Shown: piece by piece, positions 34,878-44,157 of the stretch
How positions within the stretch are numbered: position 1 is the stretch's first letter
Layout: each line of letters starts with the position of its first letter
Assembly (NCBI GenBank): GCA_040384725.1
Contig: JAZKIS010000010.1
Location: 1-63,878 of the forward strand
Origin: Patescibacteria group bacterium
GTDB lineage: Bacteria; Patescibacteriota; Minisyncoccia; Phycocordibacterales; Phycocordibacteraceae
Direction of reading: 5' to 3'
Length of the DNA: 63,878 nucleotides
Position numbers and translations under genes: made by a program
Notes under the pieces: model-generated
Told to the model about the DNA's origin: nothing
Seen by the model: the letters and a program-made list of their open reading frames with translations, nothing else
The model's database searches: none

Positions 34878-35459
34878 TTAGCGAGCCGAGAAGCGCGCGA
34901 ACTTCGAGATCTCGACGCGCTCGCCGAACTTCTGCGTCGCCTCGTTCAGGAGGTCGCGGATGGTCTTCGACTCGTCACGGATGTAGGACTGCTCGAGAAG
35001 CACCTGGTCCTTGAAGTACGAGGCCATCTTGCCCTCGAGGATCTTCTCCTGCATCTCAGCAGGCTTATCCTTCACTTCTTCCTTGAAGATCGACATCGCC
35101 GCGTTCTTCGCGTTCTCAGAGATCTCCTCGCTCGTAAGGACGGAAGGATTCGATGCGGCTACGTGCATCGCGATTGCGCGCGCGAGCTCTGCGAACTCAG
35201 CGTTCTTCGCAACGAAATCGGTCTCGGACGAGAGGAGGACCATCGCGCCCACGACGCCGTCATGGACGTAAGAGCCGATACTTCCTGCACCGAGGTCGCG
35301 ATCCGACTTCTTGTCCGCGGCAGCGCCTGAGCGCTTCTTCAGGATAACCTCGGCCTTGTCCATATCTCCCTCGGCCTCTTCGAGCGCCTTGCGGCACTGC
35401 ATGATAGAGACACCGGTCTTGTCGCGAAGTATCTTGACGGTATCGAGAGAGATTTCCAT
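34878..35459 (-). CDS. tsf: Elongation factor Ts (short form)
   Basis: MEISLDTVKILRDKTGVSIMQCRKALEEAEGDMDKA is the EF-Ts N-terminal UBA-like domain. The gene is downstream of rpsB. Confidence 0.93.
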   Translation of the reverse strand: MEISLDTVKILRDKTGVSIMQCRKALEEAEGDMDKAEVILKKRSGAAADKKSDRDLGAGSIGSYVHDGVVGAMVLLSSETDFVAKNAEFAELARAIAMHVAASNPSVLTSEEISENAKNAAMSIFKEEVKDKPAEMQEKILEGKMASYFKDQVLLEQSYIRDESKTIRDLLNEATQKFGERVEISKFARFSAR

Positions 35460-35517
35460 GAATGTAATGAAGTTACTGCGGTAAGTATGGGAAAGGGCCC
35501 ATGGCCCTTAGAAACAA

Positions 35518-36228
35518 CTAGCCCTTCAACCCTGCCTCGTAGGCGGTTGCGAGCTCGTTCAAGACGAGCGTGAGCACGTCGCGGGATGCGTCGTTCACCA
35601 CGATCGGATATGCCGCGTCCTTCAGGTCGCAGTCCGAGCTCATGATGCCGATAACCGGGATGCCGAGCGCGCGGGCCTCGCGGGATGCGTGTGCCTCGTG
35701 ACGAGTGTCGACGATGACCATCACGTCAGGACGGCGAGCGAGCGAGGTTGCGCCGGAAAGGCGGAGGGTGAGCTTGTCGATCTCGCGATCGATCTTTACG
35801 CGCTCGAGCTTGGTGTAGAGCTTCGCGAGCTCGCCGGTCTCGCGCTTCGCGGAGAGATCAGCGAGGCGGTCGATGCGCTTCTTGATCTCCGTGAAGTTCG
35901 TGAGCGTGCCGCCGAGCCAGCGTCCGGCGACGAACGGTACGCCGAGGCGCTTCCCTGCCGCCTTAACCGCGTCCTGTGCCTCGCGCTTGCCGCCGACGAG
36001 AAGGACGACCTTCCCATCGCGTGCGAGCGCTGCCATTACCTGCTTCGCCTTCGCGAGCTGCTCATCCGTCTTCTTGAGGTCGAAGATCTCGAGGTTCGAC
36101 TTCGCGCCGAGCACGAACGGGCGCATGGTTGGGTGGCGACGGCTCTTTACCTGTGCGAAATGAGCGCCAGCGCCAAAAAGACGCTCGACGCCGGGGCCGC
36201 TCTCGCGGTTCTCTGTTGCTTCAGTCAT
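35518..36228 (-). CDS. rpsB: 30S ribosomal protein S2
   Basis: The S2 core spans the whole ORF (...GAHFAQVKSRRHPTMRPFVLG...VVLLVGGKREAQ...). The gene order rpsB-tsf is conserved. Confidence 0.95.
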   Translation of the reverse strand: MTEATENRESGPGVERLFGAGAHFAQVKSRRHPTMRPFVLGAKSNLEIFDLKKTDEQLAKAKQVMAALARDGKVVLLVGGKREAQDAVKAAGKRLGVPFVAGRWLGGTLTNFTEIKKRIDRLADLSAKRETGELAKLYTKLERVKIDREIDKLTLRLSGATSLARRPDVMVIVDTRHEAHASREARALGIPVIGIMSSDCDLKDAAYPIVVNDASRDVLTLVLNELATAYEAGLKG

Positions 36229-36262
36229 GATTGGCCTAGGATAACACAGTCTATTCCGGGCA

Positions 36263-37216
36263 TCAATCGCCGTCCTCTGCCGGCCCTACCCCGCCCGCTT
36301 CGGCAGCGTTCTGAAGCGCCTCTACCAGAGGGTCGATTCCCCCGAGCATAATCTTGGGCAGGTTGTGCCAGCTCTCCTTGAGGCGATGGTCCGTGACCCT
36401 ATCCTGAAGGAAATTATAGGTCCGGATCTTCTCCGAACGGTCTCCGGTACCGATCTGACCCGAACGCAGATCCGCATGCTTCTTTGCTTCTTCTTCGTCA
36501 TGGAGCGCTTCGAGCTTGGCAGAGAGGATCTCGAGCGCCTTGATACGGTTATTGAGCTGCGAGCGCTCGCTCGTCGAGCGGACGTCGATGCCGGTTGGAC
36601 GATGGATGAGGCGCACGGCGCTCTCCACCTTATTCACGTTCTGGCCGCCAGCACCCCCTGAGCGCGAGAACTCCATATCGATATCCGCCATATCAACCTC
36701 GAACTTAGGCTTCGCGCGGATAGGCAGCGCGGCTACAGACGCCGTTGACGTATGGATTCGTCCCGACTTCTCGGTTATAGGCACCCGCTGTACGCGATGC
36801 ACGCCGGTCTCGTAGCGAAGCGCGTCATAGGCCGCTACGCCATCTATCTCGAGCGTAAGCTCGTCGATGACGCGCAATCTCCATCGCTTCCCTTCGGCAT
36901 ACTTCTGATACATCTCCTTGAGCTCCTGTGCGAACAAGGTGGCCTCGTCTCCTCCGGCTCCGGCCCTGAACTCGAGCACGATAGCCTTAGGGCGCACTGC
37001 CTCTTCCCTATCCTTGTCGAGGATGCGCTCGATCTCTTCCATGATCTCCTTCTGCCGGCTCTCGATGCGCTCCAGGTCCTCAGCAAGCATCTCAAGGAGC
37101 ACCGCATCGTCTCCGGCGGCTTCGGTTGAGTCCGCGCGCTCCCGTTCGAGACGCTCGAACTCCTCCGCGAGATACGCGGTCTGATGGTTCTGCTTAAATT
37201 CTGAGGAATATTCCAT
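36263..37216 (-). CDS. prfA: Peptide chain release factor 1
   Basis: [23 protein letters not shown] places a P-x-T at the tripeptide-anticodon position. [14 protein letters not shown] carries the GGQ motif. Start at ATG 37216. Confidence 0.88.
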   Translation of the reverse strand: MEYSSEFKQNHQTAYLAEEFERLERERADSTEAAGDDAVLLEMLAEDLERIESRQKEIMEEIERILDKDREEAVRPKAIVLEFRAGAGGDEATLFAQELKEMYQKYAEGKRWRLRVIDELTLEIDGVAAYDALRYETGVHRVQRVPITEKSGRIHTSTASVAALPIRAKPKFEVDMADIDMEFSRSGGAGGQNVNKVESAVRLIHRPTGIDVRSTSERSQLNNRIKALEILSAKLEALHDEEEAKKHADLRSGQIGTGDRSEKIRTYNFLQDRVTDHRLKESWHNLPKIMLGGIDPLVEALQNAAEAGGVGPAEDGD

Positions 37217-37276
37217 AGGGTTGATGATAACGCACGAGCGCCCCGCCAATGCTGGCGGGGCGCTCGGTACGGGTCG

Positions 37277-37534
37277 TTACTTGCCTGCTTTCGCGGACGC
37301 AGCGCGCTGCTTGAAGCGCTCGACGCGGCCGGTCTTGTCGAGGGAACGGTCCTCGCCGGTGTAGAACGGGTGGGACTTCGAAGAGATCTCGATGACGTAC
37401 TTCGGGTACTCCTTGCCCTCGAAGGTACCGGTCTCCGACGTACGGATGGTTGATCCGACGAGGAACTGGGCACCGGACGACATATCCTCAAAGAGGACCT
37501 GGCGGTAATCGGCTGGGTGGATGTCTTTCTTCAT
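37277..37534 (-). CDS. rpmE: 50S ribosomal protein L31, type B (no Zn-binding CxxC)
   Basis: MKKDIHPADYRQVLF...SKSHPFYTG, with no cysteines. Confidence 0.93.
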   Translation of the reverse strand: MKKDIHPADYRQVLFEDMSSGAQFLVGSTIRTSETGTFEGKEYPKYVIEISSKSHPFYTGEDRSLDKTGRVERFKQRAASAKAGK

Positions 37535-37563
37535 TGCTTTGAAACTATACCAGAGCCTCTGAA

Positions 37564-37599
37564 AGCGAGCAACTGCCGCTTCTGAGGCAGTTGCTCGCT
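37564..37599 (-). terminator. Terminator after the 673-aa surface-protein gene
   Basis: 14-bp stem AGCGAGCAACTGCC / GGCAGTTGCTCGCT with an 8-nt loop. Confidence 0.6.
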
Positions 37600-37613
37600 C
37601 CTCAAAGCACTTC

Positions 37614-39635
37614 TTAGAACTCCTGGAAGCTCGGGATGACGTTCACCGTTACTGACCTGCTCTGAGTCCCGCACGTAAGCGTATAGGTGCTTTGCGTGTT
37701 TATGACCTCCGTTTCAAAGCCCGCGGCGCTACACTCTAGCGGCGCAGATACTGGCGAGGTCCAGGACACGCCAGGACCGCTCACAGAACACGTAGCATTC
37801 TGTCCGTTCACGCCCGAGGCACTCCAGCGAATCTCGGAAGATTGACCTGCGCGTACGCGGTTCGGTACTGCGGTGATAGAGAGCGAAGCGGTTCCGCTCA
37901 AGCACCAATTGACCGCTACCGTCACTGCCGGACAATACGAGACGGCAGTACTCGAGGTGTCGACATTCATCGAATAGGATCCGGCTGTTGGGAACGTGCG
38001 CGTCACCGTAGCGCCCGTGCCATGGCTCCCGCCATCGGACGCCGTCCAGGCATACGGACCTGACGCGCCTCCGGAAGGATTCGCGCTGTACGTGACACTC
38101 TGTCCTGGCGCGAGAGTCGTGCTGCTGACGCTACAGGACAGCGATGGGCCCGCACTCACGTTCACGGTTGTCACAGGACCGCAGTTGTTCAAGTAGTTCG
38201 ACTCGCTTGTGATCGCGACCCAGCTCTCGCTGAAGTTGGCACAGGCGCGGACCGAATAGCTGCCTGAGCTCGGGAAGGTATAGGACGCGGAACCCGTACC
38301 TGAAGCGCCGCTCGAGAGTCCTGAGACATAGGCGCTTTGTACCAAGCCGCCATTGCTGGTCACCTCGAATAAAACGGGGAACGAGCCGGAGGTCGCGAGG
38401 CCGATGTTCGTTGCGACCGCAGAGAGCGAGGTCGGGACCCCGGCGACAGCGCTGCCCGCTGATACGGTGCCCGGGACGATAAGGTCGGGCAGAAGCCCCG
38501 GGTAGACTGTGAGCAGATCGGAATCGGTAGCCGAGCCTCCCGCGCCCGTACAGGTCACGGTGTATGTCGTGTTTTGAGTTGCGGTCACCACGATGCTGCC
38601 GGATGTCGTTCCTCCTGTAGAGAAATTCGTACCGGTGCATGACGTCGCGTTCGTCGAGCCCCAGGTGAGCGTGGACGATCCTCCGGAGAGTACGTACGCT
38701 GGCAGAAGCACGACGGTTGCGGTCGGAGGGACCGGATCTTGCTGGACGTAGAGGTACTGCCATCCGCTGCAGTTATTCGTATAGCTAGATTCAGTAGCCG
38801 GATTGCTCCAGGTCCTGACGCCCTTGCTTGTCGTAACGCTCGTGTTCGCGCAGACGCGATACATATACTCGGTAACGCCCGATACCGCTGGCGGCGTATA
38901 GCTTGCGGACACCTGGCTTGTCGCGCCTGTCGCAAGCGAAGAGAGCGCCGTTGCCGAGAGGGTTTGATTAACGCCGAAGCAGCTCTGGTCGCACACCTGG
39001 ATGGTGTTCGGGAACGATCCTGCGGCAGAGCTTCCCTGGTTGAACGCGGCTCCGTAGAGCGTCATCGCTTCCTGCGACCTTCCCGTCCGGGCACCGCCCA
39101 CCTGCCCGACGAGATCAGGAGGGGTCGGAGCTGTTACCGACACGGTTGCGGTGTCCGTGATCGGGCTCCCGCTTATGTCCGTACAGGTGAGCGTATAGGT
39201 AGTCGTCTGCTGCGGTGCCACGTTGATAGCGTTTGCCGTATTCGGGGTGATGACGCCCACCCCGTTATTTATCGAGCAGGAGGTAACGCGATCGCTCGTC
39301 GCGGTGAGCGTTGACGAAGATCCCTGAGAGATCGATTGCGGATTGGCACTGAGATCTGCCGTTGGGGTTGGAGTACCGCCTCCGCCTCCTCCACCGCCTC
39401 CGCCTTCGCCACCCCCGCAATCACCGGCTGTCTGCACCACCTCTCCTATTCCCGATATGCACCCATTAGTACCGCTAGTAACTCCCGGAGTATGAGTGTT
39501 ATGGCACACGATATCGTACTCGTAGCCGCACTGCGCTTTTGACGCAGGAACCGAGAAGACAAGGAACGCAACGACGAGCGAGAGCGCGATTAACGCTACC
39601 GGGAGGAGTCTTGTGAGGCTAAGGCGGATGGGCAT
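37614..39635 (-). CDS. Secreted Ig-like/CARDB multi-domain wall protein, paralog 1 (673 aa)
   Basis: Signal/anchor MPIRLSLTRLLPVALIALSLVVAFLVF and a Gly12 run. Ig-like units (...STLTW.STNATSC...TTYT(L/V)TC) alternate with CARDB-like units (PDL(V/I)...ESNY(T/L)NNC). The protein ends ...TYTLTCGTQSRSVTVNVIPSFQEF. Confidence 0.85.
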   Translation of the reverse strand: MPIRLSLTRLLPVALIALSLVVAFLVFSVPASKAQCGYEYDIVCHNTHTPGVTSGTNGCISGIGEVVQTAGDCGGGEGGGGGGGGGGTPTPTADLSANPQSISQGSSSTLTATSDRVTSCSINNGVGVITPNTANAINVAPQQTTTYTLTCTDISGSPITDTATVSVTAPTPPDLVGQVGGARTGRSQEAMTLYGAAFNQGSSAAGSFPNTIQVCDQSCFGVNQTLSATALSSLATGATSQVSASYTPPAVSGVTEYMYRVCANTSVTTSKGVRTWSNPATESSYTNNCSGWQYLYVQQDPVPPTATVVLLPAYVLSGGSSTLTWGSTNATSCTGTNFSTGGTTSGSIVVTATQNTTYTVTCTGAGGSATDSDLLTVYPGLLPDLIVPGTVSAGSAVAGVPTSLSAVATNIGLATSGSFPVLFEVTSNGGLVQSAYVSGLSSGASGTGSASYTFPSSGSYSVRACANFSESWVAITSESNYLNNCGPVTTVNVSAGPSLSCSVSSTTLAPGQSVTYSANPSGGASGPYAWTASDGGSHGTGATVTRTFPTAGSYSMNVDTSSTAVSYCPAVTVAVNWCLSGTASLSITAVPNRVRAGQSSEIRWSASGVNGQNATCSVSGPGVSWTSPVSAPLECSAAGFETEVINTQSTYTLTCGTQSRSVTVNVIPSFQEF

Positions 39636-39712
39636 AGCAATGAGGTTATGGGGATGCGCTTAAGTATGCCCCATTCTCATGAGCATCGTACTCCTTTATG
39701 CACACGTAAAAC

Positions 39713-41983
39713 CTAGAACTCCTGGAAATTCGGTATCACGTTCACCGTTGCGGTCTTCGGCTGGGCGTTGTCGCACGTGAGCGTATAGGTGCTCTGGGTG
39801 CTGATCGTTACCGTTGCAGATCCCGAGGCGCTGCACACCGGAACGGCGGAGACGGCTGACGACCAGGAGATTCCCGGTCCTGTTACGGTGCAGTCTGCAT
39901 TCTGGCCGTTCACGCCGGTTGCGCTCCACGTGACTGAAGAGGTCTGCCCGGTACGGACGCGCGCAGGCGTCGCGGTTATCGTGAGCGTCGGCGTACCTCC
40001 CGTGCACCACCCCGCTCCCACCGTTACGAGCGGGCACTGCGCAGGGGTTGCGGCATTCGTCGCCGTTACCTGCATGCCGTAGCTGCCGGTATCCGTGAAG
40101 GTGCGGGTCGCCGTGCTTTCAGAACCGAAGCCCGTCGCGCCGTCTGAACCGAGCCAGCCGTATGGCCATGTCGCGGCTGCTACAGGGCTTGCGGTATAAG
40201 TCACGCTCCCTCCGACGACCGCTGACTGCGTGTTGACGGAGCAGGAGACGCTCGAGCCCACCGGTGCTTCGCTTACTGATACGTCGGTCCACGGACCACA
40301 GTTGTTGCCTTCGTTCGATTCTGCAACGACGCCCGACCAGTCCGCACACAAGCGAACGCTATAGGTGCCCGCCGTCTGGAACGTGTAGCTGAAGCTTGTC
40401 GGAGCCGATCCGCTCGGAGGAATCGTCGAGACTGAAGGCGATGCCGTCGTTGACTGCTTCGACACGGGCGCGGTGAGCTGGAAGTAGCCCGTACTCGCTC
40501 CTGCTGCGGCTCCGCCGATATTCGTGATTGTGGCGGAGAGGGTCCTCGTCTGTCCTCGGGAGGCGGTGTTCGGCGTTATGGCGCCTGCCGTAAGGTCCGG
40601 CGCGGGCGTGCCGACGGTCAGATACTGCCAGCCGCTGCAGTTGTTCGCATAGTTGCTCTCGGTATGCACGTTCACCCAGCTCGTATTGTTGTTCGCGCAC
40701 ACCCGATAGAACTGCTGGCCCTGGGTCGATGGCGTGTAGGAAGCGGACACCTCTTGCCAGCCGCCGGACGCGAGCGAGCTCGCTGCGGTCGCCGCTATCG
40801 TCTGATTGACCGTCGTGCAGTTCGTGTCGCAGATCTGGATAAGGTTCGGGAAGTATCCGGCAGCACCGGCGCCTTCGTTCGCCACGCCGCCGTAGAGCGT
40901 AACCGGCTGGTTCGTGTTCGTCGCTGCGGCACCTCCCACCTGACCGACGAGGTCCGGGACCTGCGTGACCGTTACCGAAGCGGAGTCCGCATCGCTTGAT
41001 CCGGTCGAGCCGGTGGCCGAACACTGATAAATATCGGTCATGTATGGCGCTTGGTTTGCCGAATGGTCCCAATATCCATTCTTGCAGAGCGCGCCGCTCT
41101 GGGTACAGCTCGTGCCTGACGGGTTTCCTGGACTACAGGTTGTCATAGCTCCGTACGGAAGGTTCGGATGATTGTTCCCATACTGCTGACATACGCTGCT
41201 GTTTACATTGGAACAGGCGAGGTCACTCGTATCGGTCTCCTTATACCTCCAGGTGCCTGAGACCACGGGCGTGCCGTTATTACATATGAGCGAATACGAC
41301 GTCGTGTCTGTCGGATTCACGGTCGTACTGCCTGACATCTGGTTAGCCCAGTTGAAGCCGCTCGACGTACACGTCGTAGCACCGGTGACATTCCAGGAGA
41401 GAGTCGCGGCACCGCCAGAAGAGACCGTACCTGGATTCGAGGTGAGGGTTACCGATACGTCGCGCACCGTGACCGAAGCTGACGCCGTTGCCGATTGTGT
41501 CTGGCTCTGGCAGGTGTAGGTCGTCCTTGTGGTACGGCAGAAACCGGCGTCTGGATCGCGCAGGGTCGTGGTGCACGTAGCGTTCACCGTCGCACACCCT
41601 GTTCCTTCCTGTGCAGGACACGCACCTGACTGCGTGAGACCTGCCGTACAGGAGCCGCTGACATTGGTAGCTGTCGGGCCAGAGGTTCTTGCCCACAGCA
41701 GACTCTGCTTGGTACATACGACCGAATACGACGTATCGTCCGCGGGCGTTACGGTAACCGAGCCTGAGGTTGCCCCGCCCGTACTGAACCCTGTACCGGT
41801 ACATGTCGTGGCGTCACTCGAAGACCAGGTGAGGGTGACGCTCTCCCCTTGTCTCAGGTCGGTGCTGCTAGCCGTAAGCGTCGCTGCGGGCGCAGCGTTT
41901 ACATGCGTAACAATAAGAAAGGCGATGACTACCGCTATCGCTGTGGAGGCAGTGATTTTTGCAAGAAAAGTAGTGCGAGTCAT
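39713..41983 (-). CDS. Secreted Ig-like/CARDB multi-domain wall protein, paralog 2 (about 756 aa)
   Basis: Same module order as paralog 1. It ends ...TYTLTCDNAQPKTATVNVIPNFQEF. I prefer ATG 41983 (MTRTTFLAKITASTAIAVVIAFLIV...) over the tracked TTG 42034. Confidence 0.85.
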   Translation of the reverse strand: MTRTTFLAKITASTAIAVVIAFLIVTHVNAAPAATLTASSTDLRQGESVTLTWSSSDATTCTGTGFSTGGATSGSVTVTPADDTSYSVVCTKQSLLWARTSGPTATNVSGSCTAGLTQSGACPAQEGTGCATVNATCTTTLRDPDAGFCRTTRTTYTCQSQTQSATASASVTVRDVSVTLTSNPGTVSSGGAATLSWNVTGATTCTSSGFNWANQMSGSTTVNPTDTTSYSLICNNGTPVVSGTWRYKETDTSDLACSNVNSSVCQQYGNNHPNLPYGAMTTCSPGNPSGTSCTQSGALCKNGYWDHSANQAPYMTDIYQCSATGSTGSSDADSASVTVTQVPDLVGQVGGAAATNTNQPVTLYGGVANEGAGAAGYFPNLIQICDTNCTTVNQTIAATAASSLASGGWQEVSASYTPSTQGQQFYRVCANNNTSWVNVHTESNYANNCSGWQYLTVGTPAPDLTAGAITPNTASRGQTRTLSATITNIGGAAAGASTGYFQLTAPVSKQSTTASPSVSTIPPSGSAPTSFSYTFQTAGTYSVRLCADWSGVVAESNEGNNCGPWTDVSVSEAPVGSSVSCSVNTQSAVVGGSVTYTASPVAAATWPYGWLGSDGATGFGSESTATRTFTDTGSYGMQVTATNAATPAQCPLVTVGAGWCTGGTPTLTITATPARVRTGQTSSVTWSATGVNGQNADCTVTGPGISWSSAVSAVPVCSASGSATVTISTQSTYTLTCDNAQPKTATVNVIPNFQEF

Positions 41984-42074
41984 GGTAGTACGGTTATGAG
42001 TGGTGCAGGGCGTGATTCTGAAGACATACATCAAGTATATGCCCCAGCGCTTCTCGGCTTACGCGTCGTGGGGA

Positions 42075-43406
42075 TTAGTTCGCATTCAGGAAATCGATAT
42101 CCTTCTGGAAGGCCGCGGCTTTCGCCATCACGCTGTTGCCGTATCCCTGGCCGCTCGTTGCCCAGTTCCCTCCTGCGTAATACTTCGCGGCTGCCGTGTG
42201 CTCGGCGATATAGGATCCGCCGGCAGCTCCCCCGTCCGAGAGGTAGAGGCCGGTCGCGGTGATGGCATGGAGCGCATTCCACGGATCTGCCGCTCCTACG
42301 CCAAGCGCGGACTTGATACGGCCCTCGTACATCTCCCAGGTAGACGGTATGAACTGGGTCGGGCCCATAGCGCCTCCGTACCCGCCAGGAAGCGGGCATG
42401 AGATAGGCGTATTCAAGGGATCGCGTCCCGCAGCCTTCATGAGACGCGCGAACGGTACCGTATCGCGCGGCGCCTTCATGGTGCCCGGGAACGGCGTACC
42501 GGTGTTCTTGCCCTTGCCGTCTCCGGTCTCGAGGCTCGTTATGAGGCACTGCCCCACGTTCTTTCCGAGGTCCGATTCCTGCGACAGGATCGCGAGGATC
42601 ATGGCCGGGCGCACGCCCGTTATCCTCGACGCAGTCTTCGCGTATTCAACCGCCTGGCCGAACTGGATGCCCGACGTATCACGTAGCGGGAAGAGCTTCG
42701 CGCGAATCTGCGCGGCCGTAGACTCCTGCGATGTCTTCAATTGCCGGTACTGGCTCTCCTGTCCCTTGGTCTCGGCGAGGAGCTTCCTCTTCTCCGCTTC
42801 CTTGGCCTGCACTTTCTGCTGGTCGAGAATCAGGGCGGAACGGAGGATCTCCTGATCAGTCCGCTGGTCCTCGAGCCCCGTCTTCTCGATTTCAGTGGCA
42901 AGACGCGTATCGCGCAGCTCCTCGAACGACACGCGCATCGCCTGCTTGATCGACGCGAACGTATCGAGATCCCCGAACACGTCGGACAGGTCTCCGGTTG
43001 AGAGCACGGCTTCGACGATGGAGACGTCATCTATGGCGTCGGTCTGGCGCAGGATCTGCGCAAGGGACTCCTGCTCGCGGGTCATCTTCTCCGAAAGCGT
43101 GCCGATGGTGCGGCTATGGATGGTGATGCCAGCGGACAAGGCCTTGATCTCGGTCTCGGTGGTGCGGACCTGGAGCTTCGCTTTCTTGATCTCCCCATCA
43201 AGGATCGCGATGTCGCGCTGGAGGGACGCGCCCTCGGCCGACAAGGCATTGATGGTCGCCTGGGTCTTCTGCATCTCGCGCTCGAGGTCAGCGAGCTGCC
43301 GCTCGAGCTGCGCGCGCTCTTCGCCGGATAGCTCCTGCGCGATGATTGCTACAGGGGCAACGAAGAGCACCGCGAACAAAGAAAGGACGAATATGAGGCG
43401 CTTCAT
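42075..43406 (-). CDS. Secreted coiled-coil protein with a C-terminal lytic transglycosylase (SLT/MltB-like) domain
   Basis: Signal MKRLIFVLSLFAVLFVAPVAIIA, then ~230 aa of heptad-rich sequence. The catalytic region follows: ...AILSQESDLG... (catalytic Glu) and ...GAMGPTQFIPSTW.... Confidence 0.82.
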   Translation of the reverse strand: MKRLIFVLSLFAVLFVAPVAIIAQELSGEERAQLERQLADLEREMQKTQATINALSAEGASLQRDIAILDGEIKKAKLQVRTTETEIKALSAGITIHSRTIGTLSEKMTREQESLAQILRQTDAIDDVSIVEAVLSTGDLSDVFGDLDTFASIKQAMRVSFEELRDTRLATEIEKTGLEDQRTDQEILRSALILDQQKVQAKEAEKRKLLAETKGQESQYRQLKTSQESTAAQIRAKLFPLRDTSGIQFGQAVEYAKTASRITGVRPAMILAILSQESDLGKNVGQCLITSLETGDGKGKNTGTPFPGTMKAPRDTVPFARLMKAAGRDPLNTPISCPLPGGYGGAMGPTQFIPSTWEMYEGRIKSALGVGAADPWNALHAITATGLYLSDGGAAGGSYIAEHTAAAKYYAGGNWATSGQGYGNSVMAKAAAFQKDIDFLNAN

Positions 43407-43434
43407 GACAAGGGTTCAGTATACCAGAAGACGA

Positions 43435-43472
43435 AACGAGACCGCCTGCACTTACATGCAGGCGGTCTCGTT
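43435..43472 (-). terminator. Strong terminator hairpin after rplY
   Basis: 16-bp perfect stem AACGAGACCGCCTGCA / TGCAGGCGGTCTCGTT with a 6-nt loop. On the minus strand it is followed by TCGTCTTCT. Confidence 0.7.
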
Positions 43473-43482
43473 AAGAAATGCG

Positions 43483-44118
43483 TTATGCGGCCTCTTCTTC
43501 GTCGTCCTTGCCCTTCTTCTCAACCTCGATGGCGTCCATGTCAGGCGCTGCGGAGTCTTCCTCCTTCTCCTCTTCAACCGCCTGCGCGAGCGCGACGATC
43601 TCGTCCTCAGGGGTGAGGATCTCGACGCCACTCGGTGCCGTGAGGTCAGAGACGCGGATCTGGTCGCCGTCTGCGGCAAGCGATGAGATATCAACCTCGA
43701 TCTCAGACGGGAGCTTGCTTGGATCAGACTCGATCTCCACTTCGTGAAGCACCTTCACGAGGTTCGAGCCGGTCTTAACCGCCATGGATTCGCCGACAAA
43801 CGAGAGCGGTACGGATACCGTAACCTTCGCACCCTTCTGCACCGCGTAGAAGTCTGCGTGGCGCGGGATATGAGTGACCGGATCGCGATCAAGGTCGTGA
43901 ATGAGGACCTGCATCGGCTTCTCGAGACCCTCGAGAGTGATGAGCGCGGACTCGCCGCCATGGCGAAGGAGCGCCTCGAACTCCTGGCGAGGAACGGTTA
44001 TGGAAATAGCCTCCTGCTTGGGTCCGTAGACAACCGCCGGGAGAGCGCCGTCCTTAGCGAGCTTCAAAGAGCTCTTGCCGAGGATGGTGCGGGGGGAAAC
44101 GCTTAAGGTGTGCTGCAT
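43483..44118 (-). CDS. rplY: 50S ribosomal protein L25/Ctc with an acidic tail
   Basis: ...KDGALPAVVYGPKQEAISITV... is the L25 N-domain, followed by the Ctc C-domain. The tail is EEEKEEDSAAPDMDAIEVEKKGKDDEEEAA. Confidence 0.9.
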   Translation of the reverse strand: MQHTLSVSPRTILGKSSLKLAKDGALPAVVYGPKQEAISITVPRQEFEALLRHGGESALITLEGLEKPMQVLIHDLDRDPVTHIPRHADFYAVQKGAKVTVSVPLSFVGESMAVKTGSNLVKVLHEVEIESDPSKLPSEIEVDISSLAADGDQIRVSDLTAPSGVEILTPEDEIVALAQAVEEEKEEDSAAPDMDAIEVEKKGKDDEEEAA

Positions 44119-44157
44119 AGTGCAGGGAGTATGCCTGAAAAGGCGTCGTTCCGCAAC

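Noticed and set aside
37614-42034. Diversity-generating retroelement targeting the surface proteins
   Set aside because: No reverse transcriptase gene and no template/variable repeat pair with adenine-specific mismatches is visible in the window.
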